Below, piece by piece: positions 36,654-47,907 of a stretch of DNA of 64,000 nucleotides. Numbering within the stretch: position 1 is the stretch's first letter; each line of letters starts with the position of its first letter. Below the pieces are notes generated by a model, which did not search any database, was not told the DNA's origin, and was given only the letters and a program-made list of their open reading frames with translations. The stretch lies in the NCBI RefSeq assembly GCF_056712565.1, contig NZ_CM160072.1; one strand, written 5' to 3'. The translations under genes and the position numbers were made by a program.

Positions 36654-38669
36654 TCAGTGAAAAAATTGCCATTGCGTTATGCGATCGCGCAGACGCTCAG
36701 TGCGAACATCATCAAGTGCGAATAGCGCCTGCGCGGCCTCTTCCCGCTGGCGAACCAGTAACAGCTTACGGCCTGAAAGTTTAAGTGTGGTACATAACTG
36801 CGCGTCACTGGCGTTTTTCTGTAAACGCCCACGCAGCGCCGGTAATGCCAGTTCGCTGGTTTGTAGCAAACGCAATAAGCAACCTAACGATGTTAATAGC
36901 GGACGATGAGTGAAAGCAAAACCGGCCAGTTCAAGCCAGTCGTCGTCAGAAAGGACGGCATCGTTTAGTGGATCAACAGGAAGCATTTCGCCATTCCACT
37001 GCGCGAGAGCTTGCGCATCGCGACGTAAACGGTAATGCTCACGTTCAGCCAGTTGTTTACCCGCATCACTCATCGGTAACAGCGCCATCGCCGTATAGCA
37101 ACCGCTGCTGGCTTCACGATGATTACCCATTCGCACCAGCACAAAACCGCAGCGTTGCCAGAAACGCCATAACTCCTCGGTGTAACCAAAACTCACCGAA
37201 AGATAGTCGAGGTCATGAATATATTGCAAAGCACCAGCAATCAGTTGCTGACCTGTGCCTTCCCGCTGACGAGCCGGATGAACTGCTATTCGGCTGACCC
37301 GCCTTCCGCGCAATGTCGCCGCCAGTGGATTGCTGCCGTGCGCCGCCAGCGACTGGGCCACCAGATTACCCCGCGGGCGACGAAAACCTGCCCATACCGC
37401 CTGACTGAGTTCTTGAGATAATCCGCCCTCATCCACCAGCCACAGCGCCCCGGCAATCTCGTTTTCGCCAGCCGCCTGTAAAAAATGTTGACCTGGTGCA
37501 TCCATCATGCGGCGTAAATCCAGCGGCGAAGTCCGGTAGTGCGCACCAGACAATAATTGATAAACCTTTAACGGCGTTTCTGGCTCGCTTCGCCATAACG
37601 TCTGTTCAAATGCGGAAATAACGATATTGCCTTGTGGTGTATGGGTGAAGTTTTCATCGTCAAACACCAGTGCCTCACTAACCATTTTTTCCAGCGGGCA
37701 TCCCTGCGCCCAACGGATCGGCTGTTGTAGTTCAAAACGGTGTAAATGCGGAAAGCGAGCGCAAAATTTCAGCAAAAAACCACGTCCGGTGCCTTCGTAG
37801 CCCTGCACCGTAGTGGTTAACAACGTTCGAGGAAAACGCGATACCAGTTGATACAACAACGGCGCAGGTATAGCTGCGGCTTCATCGACCACCAGCCAGT
37901 CGGCTTGCTCATCGCTGGCTAACAAGGCATCCGGTGCAATAAAGCGAAACTTCTCACCCGCAAATTGTGCCAGTACATCCGTTGCCGCTTTTGCGGGCGC
38001 GGTGACAATCGCACTGCCCGCAATACGAGAAATGAGTTGCCCTGCCAACGCCGACTTACCGCGCCCACGCGCAGCAGTTACCGCTGCCACGCCCGGCGGC
38101 ATGGTCAGTAGCTGCTGTAAGAGTTGCTGTTGTTCTGGTTGTGGTGCGCCGGTAGCGGGGTGCCAGTCAGTACGGGGAGTAAAATGCGCCAACGAGAACG
38201 GCTGGTTTTGCCGCCAGAGGATAGCGTCGTTATTCGCCGTAAGTACGCGTTTGAAATGCTGGACAAAATGCGGCGTCGCAATAGGGTCAGGGCAATCACT
38301 CCAGCGCAGCGAGTCGGCATCAGGTTGGTTTTCCCACTCATCCCATACAGGGAGTAACAACACCAGCCAGCTTCCCGCTTTCAACGTTCCGCTAAGTGCC
38401 GCAAAGGCAGCGGCATCAAAGCCTTGGCGGGCGTCGAATACCGCATGCCGGAACTCGCGCCCAAGTAAAGTTTGTAGTGCCGAGGGAGAACAGTGGTTTT
38501 CAGCATCTGGCTGCGGCGAAATCCACAGCCAGTCGCCAGGTAAGGCATCACGCAACTTAAGCGCATGATCAAAACACCAACGCTCTTCCCCGCTCAACAC
38601 CAGCAAGCGGCGGATCCCTTCACGTTTCATTTGCGCTGTTAATGTGTGAAGCGCAGTCAGTTCAGCCAT
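36654..38669 (-). CDS. tmcA: tRNA(Met) cytidine acetyltransferase TmcA (YpfI)
   Basis: 671-aa ORF with helicase-like P-loop 'ARGRGKS' and C-terminal GNAT region; matches recalled TmcA. Confidence 0.93.
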   Translation of the reverse strand: MAELTALHTLTAQMKREGIRRLLVLSGEERWCFDHALKLRDALPGDWLWISPQPDAENHCSPSALQTLLGREFRHAVFDARQGFDAAAFAALSGTLKAGSWLVLLLPVWDEWENQPDADSLRWSDCPDPIATPHFVQHFKRVLTANNDAILWRQNQPFSLAHFTPRTDWHPATGAPQPEQQQLLQQLLTMPPGVAAVTAARGRGKSALAGQLISRIAGSAIVTAPAKAATDVLAQFAGEKFRFIAPDALLASDEQADWLVVDEAAAIPAPLLYQLVSRFPRTLLTTTVQGYEGTGRGFLLKFCARFPHLHRFELQQPIRWAQGCPLEKMVSEALVFDDENFTHTPQGNIVISAFEQTLWRSEPETPLKVYQLLSGAHYRTSPLDLRRMMDAPGQHFLQAAGENEIAGALWLVDEGGLSQELSQAVWAGFRRPRGNLVAQSLAAHGSNPLAATLRGRRVSRIAVHPARQREGTGQQLIAGALQYIHDLDYLSVSFGYTEELWRFWQRCGFVLVRMGNHREASSGCYTAMALLPMSDAGKQLAEREHYRLRRDAQALAQWNGEMLPVDPLNDAVLSDDDWLELAGFAFTHRPLLTSLGCLLRLLQTSELALPALRGRLQKNASDAQLCTTLKLSGRKLLLVRQREEAAQALFALDDVRTERLRDRITQWQFFH

Positions 38670-38683
38670 CCCTGCCCCGGAAG

Positions 38684-39547
38684 TTAAATGCTTTTACCAA
38701 AAGTATTGCATTGTGCCGGATCGCCGCTGTCGAAACCACGTTTAAACCAGCTGTAGCGTTGCTGAGAAGTGCCATGAGTGAAACTGTCTGGTACTACTCG
38801 CCCCTGACTTTGCTGTTGTAAACGGTCATCGCCGATGGCCTGCGCCGCGTTTAGCGCCTCTTCCAGATCGCCGGTTTCCAGAACACCTTGCTGCTGCATA
38901 CTATGCCCCCAGACACCGGCAAAACAGTCGGCCTGGAGTTCCATACGCACAGATAAGCGGTTTACTTCCGCCTGCGTCGCGTTTTGTTGCAGTTGACGAA
39001 CTTTCGGCTCGATGCCTAACAGTTTCTGCACATGATGACCGACTTCATGAGCGATAACGTACCCCTGGGCAAAATCGCCATCCGCGCCAAGTTTGTCTTT
39101 CATGTCATCATAGAAGGAGAGATCGATATAAACTGTGCCATCCGCCGGGCAATAGAATGGCCCCATTATGGACTGGCCCGCCCCGCAGCCGGTACGCGTC
39201 ATTCCACGGTACATGACCAGCTTCGGTTGCTGATAGGTTTTACCCATCTTCTCGAATTGCTGTCCCCAGGTGTCTTCCGTGGTTGCCAGAATCACCGAGG
39301 TGAATTTTGCGGCTTCGTCTTCATTAGGGCTAATTGACCGCGTTGATTGCTGTTGGGAAACCGGCTGTCCGGTCATCAACCCGGTTAAATCAACGCCATA
39401 GTAGCCTGCAACCAGCACGACTATCAGTAAAATCAGCCCGCCTTTACCGCTTGGCAGGCGAAAACCGGGACCGCCCATAGACGGACCACCAGAGCTGTTG
39501 CGCCTGTCTTCAACATTGTCACTTTCACGTCGCCCTTGCCAACGCAT
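38684..39547 (-). CDS. ypfJ: Putative zinc metalloprotease YpfJ (HExxH)
   Basis: 287-aa ORF with 'HEVGHH' motif; matches recalled YpfJ. Confidence 0.9.
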
Positions 39548-39714
39548 AGATACCTCAACATTATATTCATTATAGAAATGATCGTAGGTGGTTCAGAGGA
39601 AGATTACCACAGGAAAGCGGGATGAAATGGCGGAGGAATGAGCGTTCAATGCACATCTTATGAGAGCGGTTGTCTTGCCGTGCCAGCAGCACGGCAAGAT
39701 GATGAACAGAAAAA

Positions 39715-40428
39715 TCAGTCCAGCTGTACACCCAGGCGGCGGGCAACGGCTTCATAGGCTTCGATCAGGCCACCGAGGCTCTGTCGGAAACGGTCTTTGT
39801 CCATTTTCTCCAGCGTTTCTTTGTCCCACAGGCGGCTGCCGTCCGGGGAGAACTCATCGCCCAGTACCACTTCACCTTTGTACAGGCCAAACTCCAGCTT
39901 GAAGTCGACCAGAATGAGACCAGCATCATCGAACAGTTTTTTCAGCACGTCGTTCGCTTTGTAGGTCAGCTCTTTCATACGCGCCAGGTTCTCTTTGCTC
40001 ACCCAGCCAAAGGTTTCGCAGTAAGATTCGTTGACCATCGGATCGTGCATGGCGTCGTTTTTCAGGAACAGATCGAACAGTGGCGGGTTCAGCTCAATAC
40101 CTTCTTCGATTCCAAGACGTTTCACCAGAGAGCCAGCAGCACGGTTACGCACGACACACTCAACCGGCACCATATCCAGCTTTTTCACCAGACATTCGGT
40201 ATCGGAGAGCAGACGCTCCATTTGAGTCGGGATACCCGCTTCAGCCAGTTTGCTCATAATGAAGTAGTTGAACTTGTTGTTCACCATACCTTTGCGATCA
40301 AACTGCTCAATGCGCGCGCCATCCCCTGCTGACGTATCATTGCGGAATTCGAGCACCAACAGGTCCGGGTTTTCCGTGCTGTATACGGTTTTCGCTTTAC
40401 CACGATACAACTCAGCTTGCTTTTGCAT
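39715..40428 (-). CDS. purC: SAICAR synthetase PurC
   Basis: ORF 39715..40437; trimmed to '[18 protein letters not shown]..' (237 aa). Confidence 0.95.
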
Positions 40429-40482
40429 CTTTATCACTCCTGGGTGTGAATTAACGTTTTAAAATCTTTTGCTGTCTGGTGT

Positions 40483-40540
<58 letters not shown>

Positions 40541-40640
40541 AATTTCGTGCGAATTACCGCTAAAATCGCGTTTTTCTGCCGACGCACACGTTTGCGTATC
40601 ATATCAGAAAAAAGGGCCGGATGACTCCAGCCCTGTATTT

Positions 40641-41675
40641 TTACTTGCTAAACGCAGCCTGGAAGACAGCTACCAGCGCGTCGTTCTGACTCTGAGTCAG
40701 AGTATGACCTTTCGGATCGATGAACTGTAGGCTGCTGCGGTTATCTAAATCGCCAACCTGCAGTTTATAGTCACCGGATGCCAGACCTGGATCGCTCGCG
40801 CCCAGTTCGTGCCATTCGCTGTCAGACAGCGGCTTATAAGTTACGGCCATGTTGCCCTGCGAACGGGTGCTGTCAGTCACTTTCATGCCCACTTTTTCCA
40901 GCGCAGCTGGCAGACGTTGCCAAACCACATTGAACGGCCCGCGTACGACCAGCATTGGTAAACCGGTGTCATCAGCTGCACTTTGTACGTCCATAGTGGT
41001 GGAGGCACGATTTTGCGCAGCGTTCGCGGCGTCAGTGGCAGATTTATCCAGACCGGCGGAAATAACGTTCATCATCTCCGTGCTGTAACGCTGCATGGAC
41101 GCCGCGTCTGCAACCGGTTTGCCCGCCTGTTCCAGGTTCAGCAGTTTAACCGTAACCGCCTGCTGATAACCCTGCGGCTTAACAGAGATTTGATAACGAC
41201 CACGATACTGCTCGTCTTCATCCAGACGGTTCCATTGTACCCAATCGGTGGTCAGTGTCTGACCAGCATCATCACGTTGGGTGATGGTGTAGTTTTTCGC
41301 CTGCAGCACGCTAACCACCTGCGGCCACAGAGTATTGCCACGACCATTTTCCACCAGCAATGAAGCGGTATCGCCCGTGAACTGGGTACGCGCGCCAGAA
41401 ACCAGTGCCAGCGGCTGGGCTGGTGGACGAATGTCCAGCGCCTTACCGACGGCACCACTACCGTTGGTCACCGGGATTGCATAATCGCCGGAGGTCACCG
41501 GCAAGATCATTCCAGCCGGGGCATGAAGCTCCGCAAGCGGTGCCGCTTCCAGGTAGGCTTCATCACCACTGACCTGACGCTTATAGCGTGAGTCAGAACT
41601 ACAGGCAGCGAGTAATAAAACAAGCGAAACACCCGCAACCTTTGCCAGGCGCGACTTTTGAACAGAGTAAGCCAT
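40641..41675 (-). CDS. bamC: Outer membrane assembly lipoprotein BamC (NlpB)
   Basis: ORF 40641..41678; trimmed to '[27 protein letters not shown]..' (344 aa, lipobox LAAC). Confidence 0.95.
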   Translation of the reverse strand: MAYSVQKSRLAKVAGVSLVLLLAACSSDSRYKRQVSGDEAYLEAAPLAELHAPAGMILPVTSGDYAIPVTNGSGAVGKALDIRPPAQPLALVSGARTQFTGDTASLLVENGRGNTLWPQVVSVLQAKNYTITQRDDAGQTLTTDWVQWNRLDEDEQYRGRYQISVKPQGYQQAVTVKLLNLEQAGKPVADAASMQRYSTEMMNVISAGLDKSATDAANAAQNRASTTMDVQSAADDTGLPMLVVRGPFNVVWQRLPAALEKVGMKVTDSTRSQGNMAVTYKPLSDSEWHELGASDPGLASGDYKLQVGDLDNRSSLQFIDPKGHTLTQSQNDALVAVFQAAFSK

Positions 41676-41691
41676 CAAATCTCCCTAAACT

Positions 41692-42570
41692 TTACAGCAA
41701 ACCGGCATGCTTAAGCGCCGCTCTGACCGTCTCACGACCACTGTCGGTGATTGGTGTCATTGGCAGGCGCAGCGTATCGGTCGCCACAAGACCCAGTTCC
41801 TTACATGCCCATTTCACCGGGATTGGATTGGGTTCGACAAATAGTTTGTTGTGTAATGGCATCAGACGCTGATTAATAACGCGTGCCTCGGCAAAATGCC
41901 CTTCTGCTGCCAGTTTGCACATCTGGGCCATATCACGCGCTGCGACGTTAGCCGTAACGGAAATAACCCCATGACCGCCTAATTGCATGAAGTCCAGCGC
42001 GCTCGCATCATCGCCGCTCAGCAGAACAAAATCATCTGAAACCAGCTCTTTGATCTGGTTTACACGCGTTAAGTTCCCTGTTGCCTCTTTGATTCCGATA
42101 ATATTTTTTACTTTCGCCAGACGGCCCACCGTTTCCGGGAGCAGATCGCAGCCAGTACGGGACGGCACATTATACAGAATTTGCGGCAGGTCAGTATGTT
42201 CAGCGATGGCTTTGAAATGCTGATACAAACCTTCTTGCGACGGACGATTGTAGTAAGGGGTTACCGTCAGGCAGCCGACGATACCGCTGTCATTGAAGCG
42301 CTGCGTCAGGCTAATGGCTTCCGCAGTAGCGTTAGCACCGGTCCCGGCAATCACCGGAATGCGCCCGTCAGCCAGCTCCAGCGTCATCATCACCACATCA
42401 GCATGTTCGTCATGATTTAAGGTAGCGGACTCGCCAGTGGTGCCAACAGAAACGATCGCCGAAGTACCGCTGGCGACATGATAATCAATCAGTTTTTTCA
42501 AGCTAGCCCGACAGACATTACCTTTTTCATCCATCGGAGTAACAATCGCGACAATACTTCCCGTGAACAT
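41692..42570 (-). CDS. dapA: 4-hydroxy-tetrahydrodipicolinate synthase DapA
   Basis: ORF 41692..42588; trimmed to '[19 protein letters not shown]..' (292 aa). Confidence 0.95.
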   Translation of the reverse strand: MFTGSIVAIVTPMDEKGNVCRASLKKLIDYHVASGTSAIVSVGTTGESATLNHDEHADVVMMTLELADGRIPVIAGTGANATAEAISLTQRFNDSGIVGCLTVTPYYNRPSQEGLYQHFKAIAEHTDLPQILYNVPSRTGCDLLPETVGRLAKVKNIIGIKEATGNLTRVNQIKELVSDDFVLLSGDDASALDFMQLGGHGVISVTANVAARDMAQMCKLAAEGHFAEARVINQRLMPLHNKLFVEPNPIPVKWACKELGLVATDTLRLPMTPITDSGRETVRAALKHAGLL

Positions 42571-42715
42571 GGGCCATCCTCTGTGCAAACAAGTGTCTCA
42601 ATGGTACGTTTGGTATGGCATTAAAAGCAAGCAGACAGAACCGTTCTGATTGTTGTATGCATGTTTTTTTTATGCTTTCCTTAAGAACAACTCACCCCTT
42701 GAAGGAATAACCAGT

Positions 42716-43288
42716 TTGACACTGTCATCGCAACATTATCTGGTGATCACTGCGTTGGGTGCCGATCGCCCTGGAATAGTGAACACCATCACCCGTCATG
42801 TCAGTAGTTGCGGCTGTAATATTGAAGACAGTCGCCTGGCGATGCTGGGAGAAGAGTTCACGTTTATCATGCTGCTTTCCGGTTCATGGAATGCCATTAC
42901 TCTGATTGAATCAACGTTACCGTTGAAAGGTGCCGAGCTGGATCTTTTAATCGTGATGAAGCGCACGACGGCGCGTCCGCGTCCGCCAATGCCAGCATCT
43001 GTCTGGGTTCAGGTCGATGTGGCAGACTCCCCGCATTTAATTGAACGCTTCACAGCACTTTTCGACGCGCATCATATGAACATTGCGGAGCTGGTGTCGC
43101 GCACGCAACCTGCTGAAAATGAAAGGGCTGCGCAGTTGCATATTCAGATAACTGCCCACAGCCCCGCATCTGCGGACGCAGCAAATATTGAGCAAGCGTT
43201 CAAAGCCCTATGTACAGAACTCAATGCACAAGGCAGTATTAACGTCGTCAATTATTCCCAACATGATGAACAGGATGGAGTTAAGTAA
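42716..43288 (+). CDS. gcvR: Glycine cleavage system transcriptional repressor GcvR
   Basis: ORF 42650..43288; recalled GcvR starts 'MTLSSQHYLVITAL' (190 aa), i.e. an in-frame TTG start at 42716. Confidence 0.85.
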   Translation: MTLSSQHYLVITALGADRPGIVNTITRHVSSCGCNIEDSRLAMLGEEFTFIMLLSGSWNAITLIESTLPLKGAELDLLIVMKRTTARPRPPMPASVWVQVDVADSPHLIERFTALFDAHHMNIAELVSRTQPAENERAAQLHIQITAHSPASADAANIEQAFKALCTELNAQGSINVVNYSQHDEQDGVK

Positions 43289-43758
43289 TGAATCCACTGA
43301 AAGCCGGTGATATCGCACCGAAATTTAGCTTGCCGGATCAAGACGGAGAACAAGTTAATTTGACCGACTTCCAGGGACAGCGTGTTCTGGTTTATTTCTA
43401 CCCGAAAGCCATGACCCCCGGCTGTACCGTACAGGCCTGCGGCTTACGCGATAACATGGATGAGTTGAAAAAAGCGGGCGTTGATGTGCTGGGTATCAGC
43501 ACCGATAAACCCGAAAAACTCTCCCGTTTTGCGGAAAAAGAGCTGCTTAACTTTACGCTCCTGTCTGATGAGGACCACCAGGTGTGCGAACAATTCGGCG
43601 TCTGGGGTGAAAAGTCCTTCATGGGCAAAACCTACGATGGTATTCATCGCATCAGCTTCCTGATTGACGCTGATGGCAAAATCGAACATGTCTTTGACGA
43701 TTTCAAAACCAGCAATCACCACGACGTTGTGCTGAACTGGCTGAAAGAACACGCCTGA
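43288..43758 (+). CDS. bcp: Thiol peroxidase / bacterioferritin comigratory protein Bcp
   Basis: 156-aa ORF 'MNPLKAGDIAPKFSLPDQDGEQV..' matches recalled Bcp; start overlaps gcvR stop. Confidence 0.97.
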   Translation: MNPLKAGDIAPKFSLPDQDGEQVNLTDFQGQRVLVYFYPKAMTPGCTVQACGLRDNMDELKKAGVDVLGISTDKPEKLSRFAEKELLNFTLLSDEDHQVCEQFGVWGEKSFMGKTYDGIHRISFLIDADGKIEHVFDDFKTSNHHDVVLNWLKEHA

Positions 43759-43775
43759 TTACTTTGCTCCATTCC

Positions 43776-43801
43776 GTGCTGGCTGCGCTTGCGGCCAGCA
43801 C
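43776..43801 (+). terminator. GC-rich hairpin (GTGCTGGC..GCCAGCAC) downstream of bcp; no clear U-tract
   Basis: Inverted repeat read directly in the 98-bp bcp-perM spacer. Confidence 0.4.
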
Positions 43802-43856
43802 ATCTCAAATCTTCTCACTGCCCTGCAACACTCGTTTAAAATTTTTTCGCTGAAGG

Positions 43857-44918
43857 TCAGTCTTGCGCGATTTGCCCATCAGGCCAGGCGTGAATCACGG
43901 CTTTGATCAGCGTCGCCAATGGAATAGCGAAGAATACGCCCCAGAATCCCCACAAACCACCGAAGATCACCACCGATAAAATAATCACCAGAGGATGCAG
44001 GTTAACCGCTTCGGAGAACAACACCGGTACTAACAGGTTGCCGTCCAGCGCCTGAATAATCAGATACACCGCGAAGCAGCTCCAGAATTCCGTGCCAGCA
44101 CCAAACTGGAATAGCGCCACGCCAACCACCGGAATGGTCACCACAAATGCGCCAATGTACGGAATAAGTACCGAGAAGCCGACCAGCACCGCCAGCAGCA
44201 GCGAATAGTTCAGCCCAAAGAGCAAGAACCCCAGCCAGGTGGCGATCCCTACCACGATCATCTCCAGCACTTTGCCGCGGATATAGTTGGTGATTTGTTG
44301 ATTCATCTCCTTCCACACCTGTCCTGCCAGTCCACGGTTGCGCGGCAGCACCCGGCGAACGGCGTTCAGCATCTGCTCTTTGTCTTTCAGCAGGAAGAAG
44401 ACCATCAATGGCACCAGCACCAGATAGACGGCAATGGTCAGCAAACCAACCAACGAGGCGAGGGAAATTTTCACCACCGAATCGCCCATGGTCAGCATCC
44501 GACTGCGCATATTTTCAGCCATTGCATCAATAATGCCCGCATCCATTAACGCCGGATAGCGGCGCGGCAACGTGGCGGCAAAGTCAGAAAGCTTATTGAG
44601 CATCCCCGGCATATCGCGGATTAAGTAGATGCCCTGCTGCCAGGCGATAGGCAGTACCACGAACGCCATCAGTAGCAGGATGCCCACAAACAGGATCAGC
44701 ACGATAGATGTCGCCCAAGGGCGGGAACAGCCAATAGACTGCAGGCGGACAGTCGGCCATTCCAGTAAATAGGCCAGCACAATAGCCACCAGCAACGGCG
44801 CGAGTAGGCCGCTAAAGAAAAAGATAATGCCAAAACCAGCAACCAAAATAACCAGCAAGGCAATCGCTTCCGGGTCGCTAAAACGGCGGCGATACCATTG
44901 CATCAACATTTCGAGCAT
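43857..44918 (-). CDS. perM: AI-2E-family permease PerM (YfgO)
   Basis: 353-aa polytopic membrane ORF matches recalled PerM. Confidence 0.93.
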   Translation of the reverse strand: MLEMLMQWYRRRFSDPEAIALLVILVAGFGIIFFFSGLLAPLLVAIVLAYLLEWPTVRLQSIGCSRPWATSIVLILFVGILLLMAFVVLPIAWQQGIYLIRDMPGMLNKLSDFAATLPRRYPALMDAGIIDAMAENMRSRMLTMGDSVVKISLASLVGLLTIAVYLVLVPLMVFFLLKDKEQMLNAVRRVLPRNRGLAGQVWKEMNQQITNYIRGKVLEMIVVGIATWLGFLLFGLNYSLLLAVLVGFSVLIPYIGAFVVTIPVVGVALFQFGAGTEFWSCFAVYLIIQALDGNLLVPVLFSEAVNLHPLVIILSVVIFGGLWGFWGVFFAIPLATLIKAVIHAWPDGQIAQD

Positions 44919-45130
44919 ACAGACCTTCCCTGAACCTCAAGAGCGGGATTGCGATCCGCAATTGTATCGAAATGTCACAAAAAAGACTTCGCTTTTTATG
45001 ACGGATTCAGGAAACTGAAAAGTCATTTGAGTGGGCTAATCTTCGCCGTTACACTCAAAGGCGGCGCGGTGGGAACGATATTTCACAGTATCGGTCAAAT
45101 GACTATCTCCAGAAATACAGGATAGAGGTT

Positions 45131-46594
45131 ATGTTCAGGCAGTTGAAAAAAAACCTGGTTGCAACCCTCATTGCTGCTATGACCATTGGTCAGGTAGCCC
45201 CGGCGTTTGCCGACAGCGCAGACACCTTGCCGGATATGGGAACCTCCGCAGGAAGCACACTTTCCATTGGTCAGGAAATGCAGATGGGCGACTATTATGT
45301 CCGCCAGTTACGCGGCAGCGCGCCGTTAATTAATGATCCGCTGTTAACGCAATACATTAATTCGCTAGGAATGCGTCTGGTTTCGCATGCCAATTCGGTT
45401 AAGACACCGTTTCATTTCTTTCTGATCAACAACGATGAAATTAACGCCTTTGCTTTCTTTGGCGGCAACGTGGTGCTGCACTCTGCCCTGTTCCGTTATT
45501 CCGATAACGAAAGTCAACTGGCTTCAGTTATGGCGCACGAAATCTCCCACGTCACCCAACGTCACCTGGCGCGAGCGATGGAAGATCAGCAGCGCAGCGC
45601 GCCGCTGACCTGGGTCGGCGCGTTAGGTTCTATTTTACTGGCGATGGCCAGTCCGCAGGCGGGGATGGCGGCGCTGACCGGTACACTGGCGGGAACGCGC
45701 CAGGGGATGATCAGTTTCACCCAGCAAAATGAACAGGAAGCGGACCGCATTGGTATTCAGGTGCTGCAACGCTCGGGATTCGATCCGCAGGCGATGCCGA
45801 CCTTCCTCGAAAAATTACTCGATCAGGCGCGTTACTCTTCGCGCCCACCAGAAATTCTGCTCACTCACCCACTACCGGAAAGCCGTCTGGCTGATGCCCG
45901 TAACCGTGCCAATCAGATGAGCCCGATAGTGGTGCAATCGTCAGAAGATTTCTATCTGGCAAAAGTGCGCACACTGGGGATGTACAATTCAGGGCGTAAC
46001 CAACTCACCAGTGATTTGCTGGATGAATGGGCGAAAGGAAACGTTCGTCAGCAACGAGCGGCGCAATATGGTCGTGCTTTACAGGCGATGGAAGCCAATA
46101 AATACGACGAGGCGCGTAAAACGCTGCAACCGTTACTGGCGGCAGAACCTGGCAACGCATGGTATCTCGATCTGGCTACCGATATCGATCTTGGGCAAAA
46201 CAAAGCCAATGACGCTATCAATCGCCTGAAAAATGCCCGCGATTTGCGCACCAATCCGGTGTTGCAGCTCAACCTGGCGAACGCTTATCTGCAAGGGGGG
46301 CAACCACAGGAAGCGGCCAATATTCTGAATCGCTACACTTTTAACAATAAAGATGACAGCAACGGCTGGGATTTACTGGCACAGGCGGAAGCCGCACTAA
46401 ATAACCGCGATCAGGAACTGGCTGCGCGAGCAGAAGGTTATGCGCTCGCCGGGCGACTCGATCAGGCTATTTCCTTGTTGAGTAGCGCCAGTTCGCAGGT
46501 GAAATTAGGCAGCCTGCAACAAGCGCGTTACGATGCGCGCATCGACCAGTTGCGCCAGCTGCAGGAACGCTTTAAGCCTTATACCAAGATGTAA
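45131..46594 (+). CDS. bepA: Periplasmic beta-barrel assembly-enhancing protease BepA (YfgC), M48 peptidase plus TPR
   Basis: 487-aa ORF with '[10 protein letters not shown]' zinc motif; matches recalled BepA. Confidence 0.95.
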   Translation: MFRQLKKNLVATLIAAMTIGQVAPAFADSADTLPDMGTSAGSTLSIGQEMQMGDYYVRQLRGSAPLINDPLLTQYINSLGMRLVSHANSVKTPFHFFLINNDEINAFAFFGGNVVLHSALFRYSDNESQLASVMAHEISHVTQRHLARAMEDQQRSAPLTWVGALGSILLAMASPQAGMAALTGTLAGTRQGMISFTQQNEQEADRIGIQVLQRSGFDPQAMPTFLEKLLDQARYSSRPPEILLTHPLPESRLADARNRANQMSPIVVQSSEDFYLAKVRTLGMYNSGRNQLTSDLLDEWAKGNVRQQRAAQYGRALQAMEANKYDEARKTLQPLLAAEPGNAWYLDLATDIDLGQNKANDAINRLKNARDLRTNPVLQLNLANAYLQGGQPQEAANILNRYTFNNKDDSNGWDLLAQAEAALNNRDQELAARAEGYALAGRLDQAISLLSSASSQVKLGSLQQARYDARIDQLRQLQERFKPYTKM

Positions 46595-46614
46595 TTCGCA
46601 TTAAAGGAAGAACA

Positions 46615-46974
46615 ATGACCAAACAGGTAAAAATCTACCATAACCCACGCTGTTCAAAGAGCCGGGAAACGCTGAACCTGCTGAAAGAAAACGGCGTGGA
46701 GCCAGAAGTGGTGCTCTACCTTGAGACACCCGCCGATGCGGCAACGCTGCGTGATTTGCTGAAAATGCTGGGGATGAATAGCGCTCGTGAATTGATGCGC
46801 CAAAAAGAGGATCTTTATAAAGAACTGAACCTGGCTGACAGTTCGCTTAGCGAAGAGGTGCTGATTCAGGCGATGGTAGAGAATCCGAAGCTAATGGAAC
46901 GCCCGATTGTGGTCGCGAATGGCAAAGCGCGGATTGGTCGTCCACCGGAGCAGGTACTGGAAATCGTGGGTTAA
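46615..46974 (+). CDS. yfgD: ArsC-family protein YfgD
   Basis: 119-aa ORF 'MTKQVKIYHNPRCSKSRETL..' matches recalled YfgD. Confidence 0.93.
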   Translation: MTKQVKIYHNPRCSKSRETLNLLKENGVEPEVVLYLETPADAATLRDLLKMLGMNSARELMRQKEDLYKELNLADSSLSEEVLIQAMVENPKLMERPIVVANGKARIGRPPEQVLEIVG

Positions 46975-47003
46975 GATGTGCTCCATCGCTAGTTGAAGCA
47001 CAT

Positions 47004-47099
47004 TGCCGGATGCGACGCTTGCCGCGTCTTATCCGGCCTACGAATACTATGGATTAACTTCGCGTAGGTCGGATAAGGCGTTCGCGCCGCATCCGACAA
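47004..47099. repeat. BIME: two REP elements in inverted orientation
   Basis: TGCCGGATGCGACGCTTGCCGCGTCTTATCCGGCCTACG and its inverted partner CGCGTAGGTCGGATAAGGCGTTCGCGCCGCATCCGACAA. Confidence 0.85.
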
Positions 47100-47111
47100 T
47101 AAACACCTTAT

Positions 47112-47813
47112 CTACAACTTCAGAATTTCTTTCACAAACGGAATGGTCAGCTTGCGTTGCGCGGTAATCGACGCACGATCCAGCTGATCCAGCGTCATAA
47201 ACAACGTGCGCATTTCTCTGTCGAGCCGCTTCAGCAAGAAACGCCCCACATCTTCCGGCAGTTCAAAACCACGCAAACGCGCGCGTAACTGTAGCGCCTG
47301 CAACTTATCTTCATCAGAAAGTGGCTGCAATTTGTAGATCTGCCCCCAGTCGAGACGCGACGCGAGATCCGGTAATCCCAGATTCAACTGCCGCGGTGGA
47401 CGATCGCCGGTGATCAACAACCGTGTTTTGCCCGATTCCAGAATTCGATTGTAGAGATCGAAAATCGCCATCTCCCACAACTCATCGCCGGCAATACACT
47501 CAATGTTGTCAATACAGACCAGCGACAAATGCTCCATACCGTCGAGCACTTCCGGAACAAACCAGGTGCGTTTATCCAGCGGGACATAGCCCACCGCATC
47601 GCCACGCTGTGACAATTCCGCGCAAGCCGCGTGCAGCAGATGGCTGCGCCCCGCGCCTTCGCGTGCCCAGAGATAGATGTAACCGCTATGTTCCTGACGC
47701 AGCACGTTTTGCAGCGCGGCCAGTAAAGAGGAGTTATCCCCCGGCCAGAAACTTGCAAAGGTTTCGTCGTCAGGAAGATAAAGTGGCAAAGAGAGCTGTG
47801 CCGGTGTGTTCAG
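47112..47813 (-). CDS. hda: DnaA-inactivating protein Hda
   Basis: ORF track 47112..47858 (248 aa); Hda is, as I recall, 233 aa initiating at a CUG 15 codons inside; the codon at 47811..47813 is CTG (read as cag on plus strand). Confidence 0.85.
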
Positions 47814-47907
47814 AGATACCTCAACCAGGATTTCACAAAATCGCGAGAAGTTTACCACAGAATCCCATGATGTTTGAACCGGGCAGCAACACTGCCCGGT
47901 CGGTACA

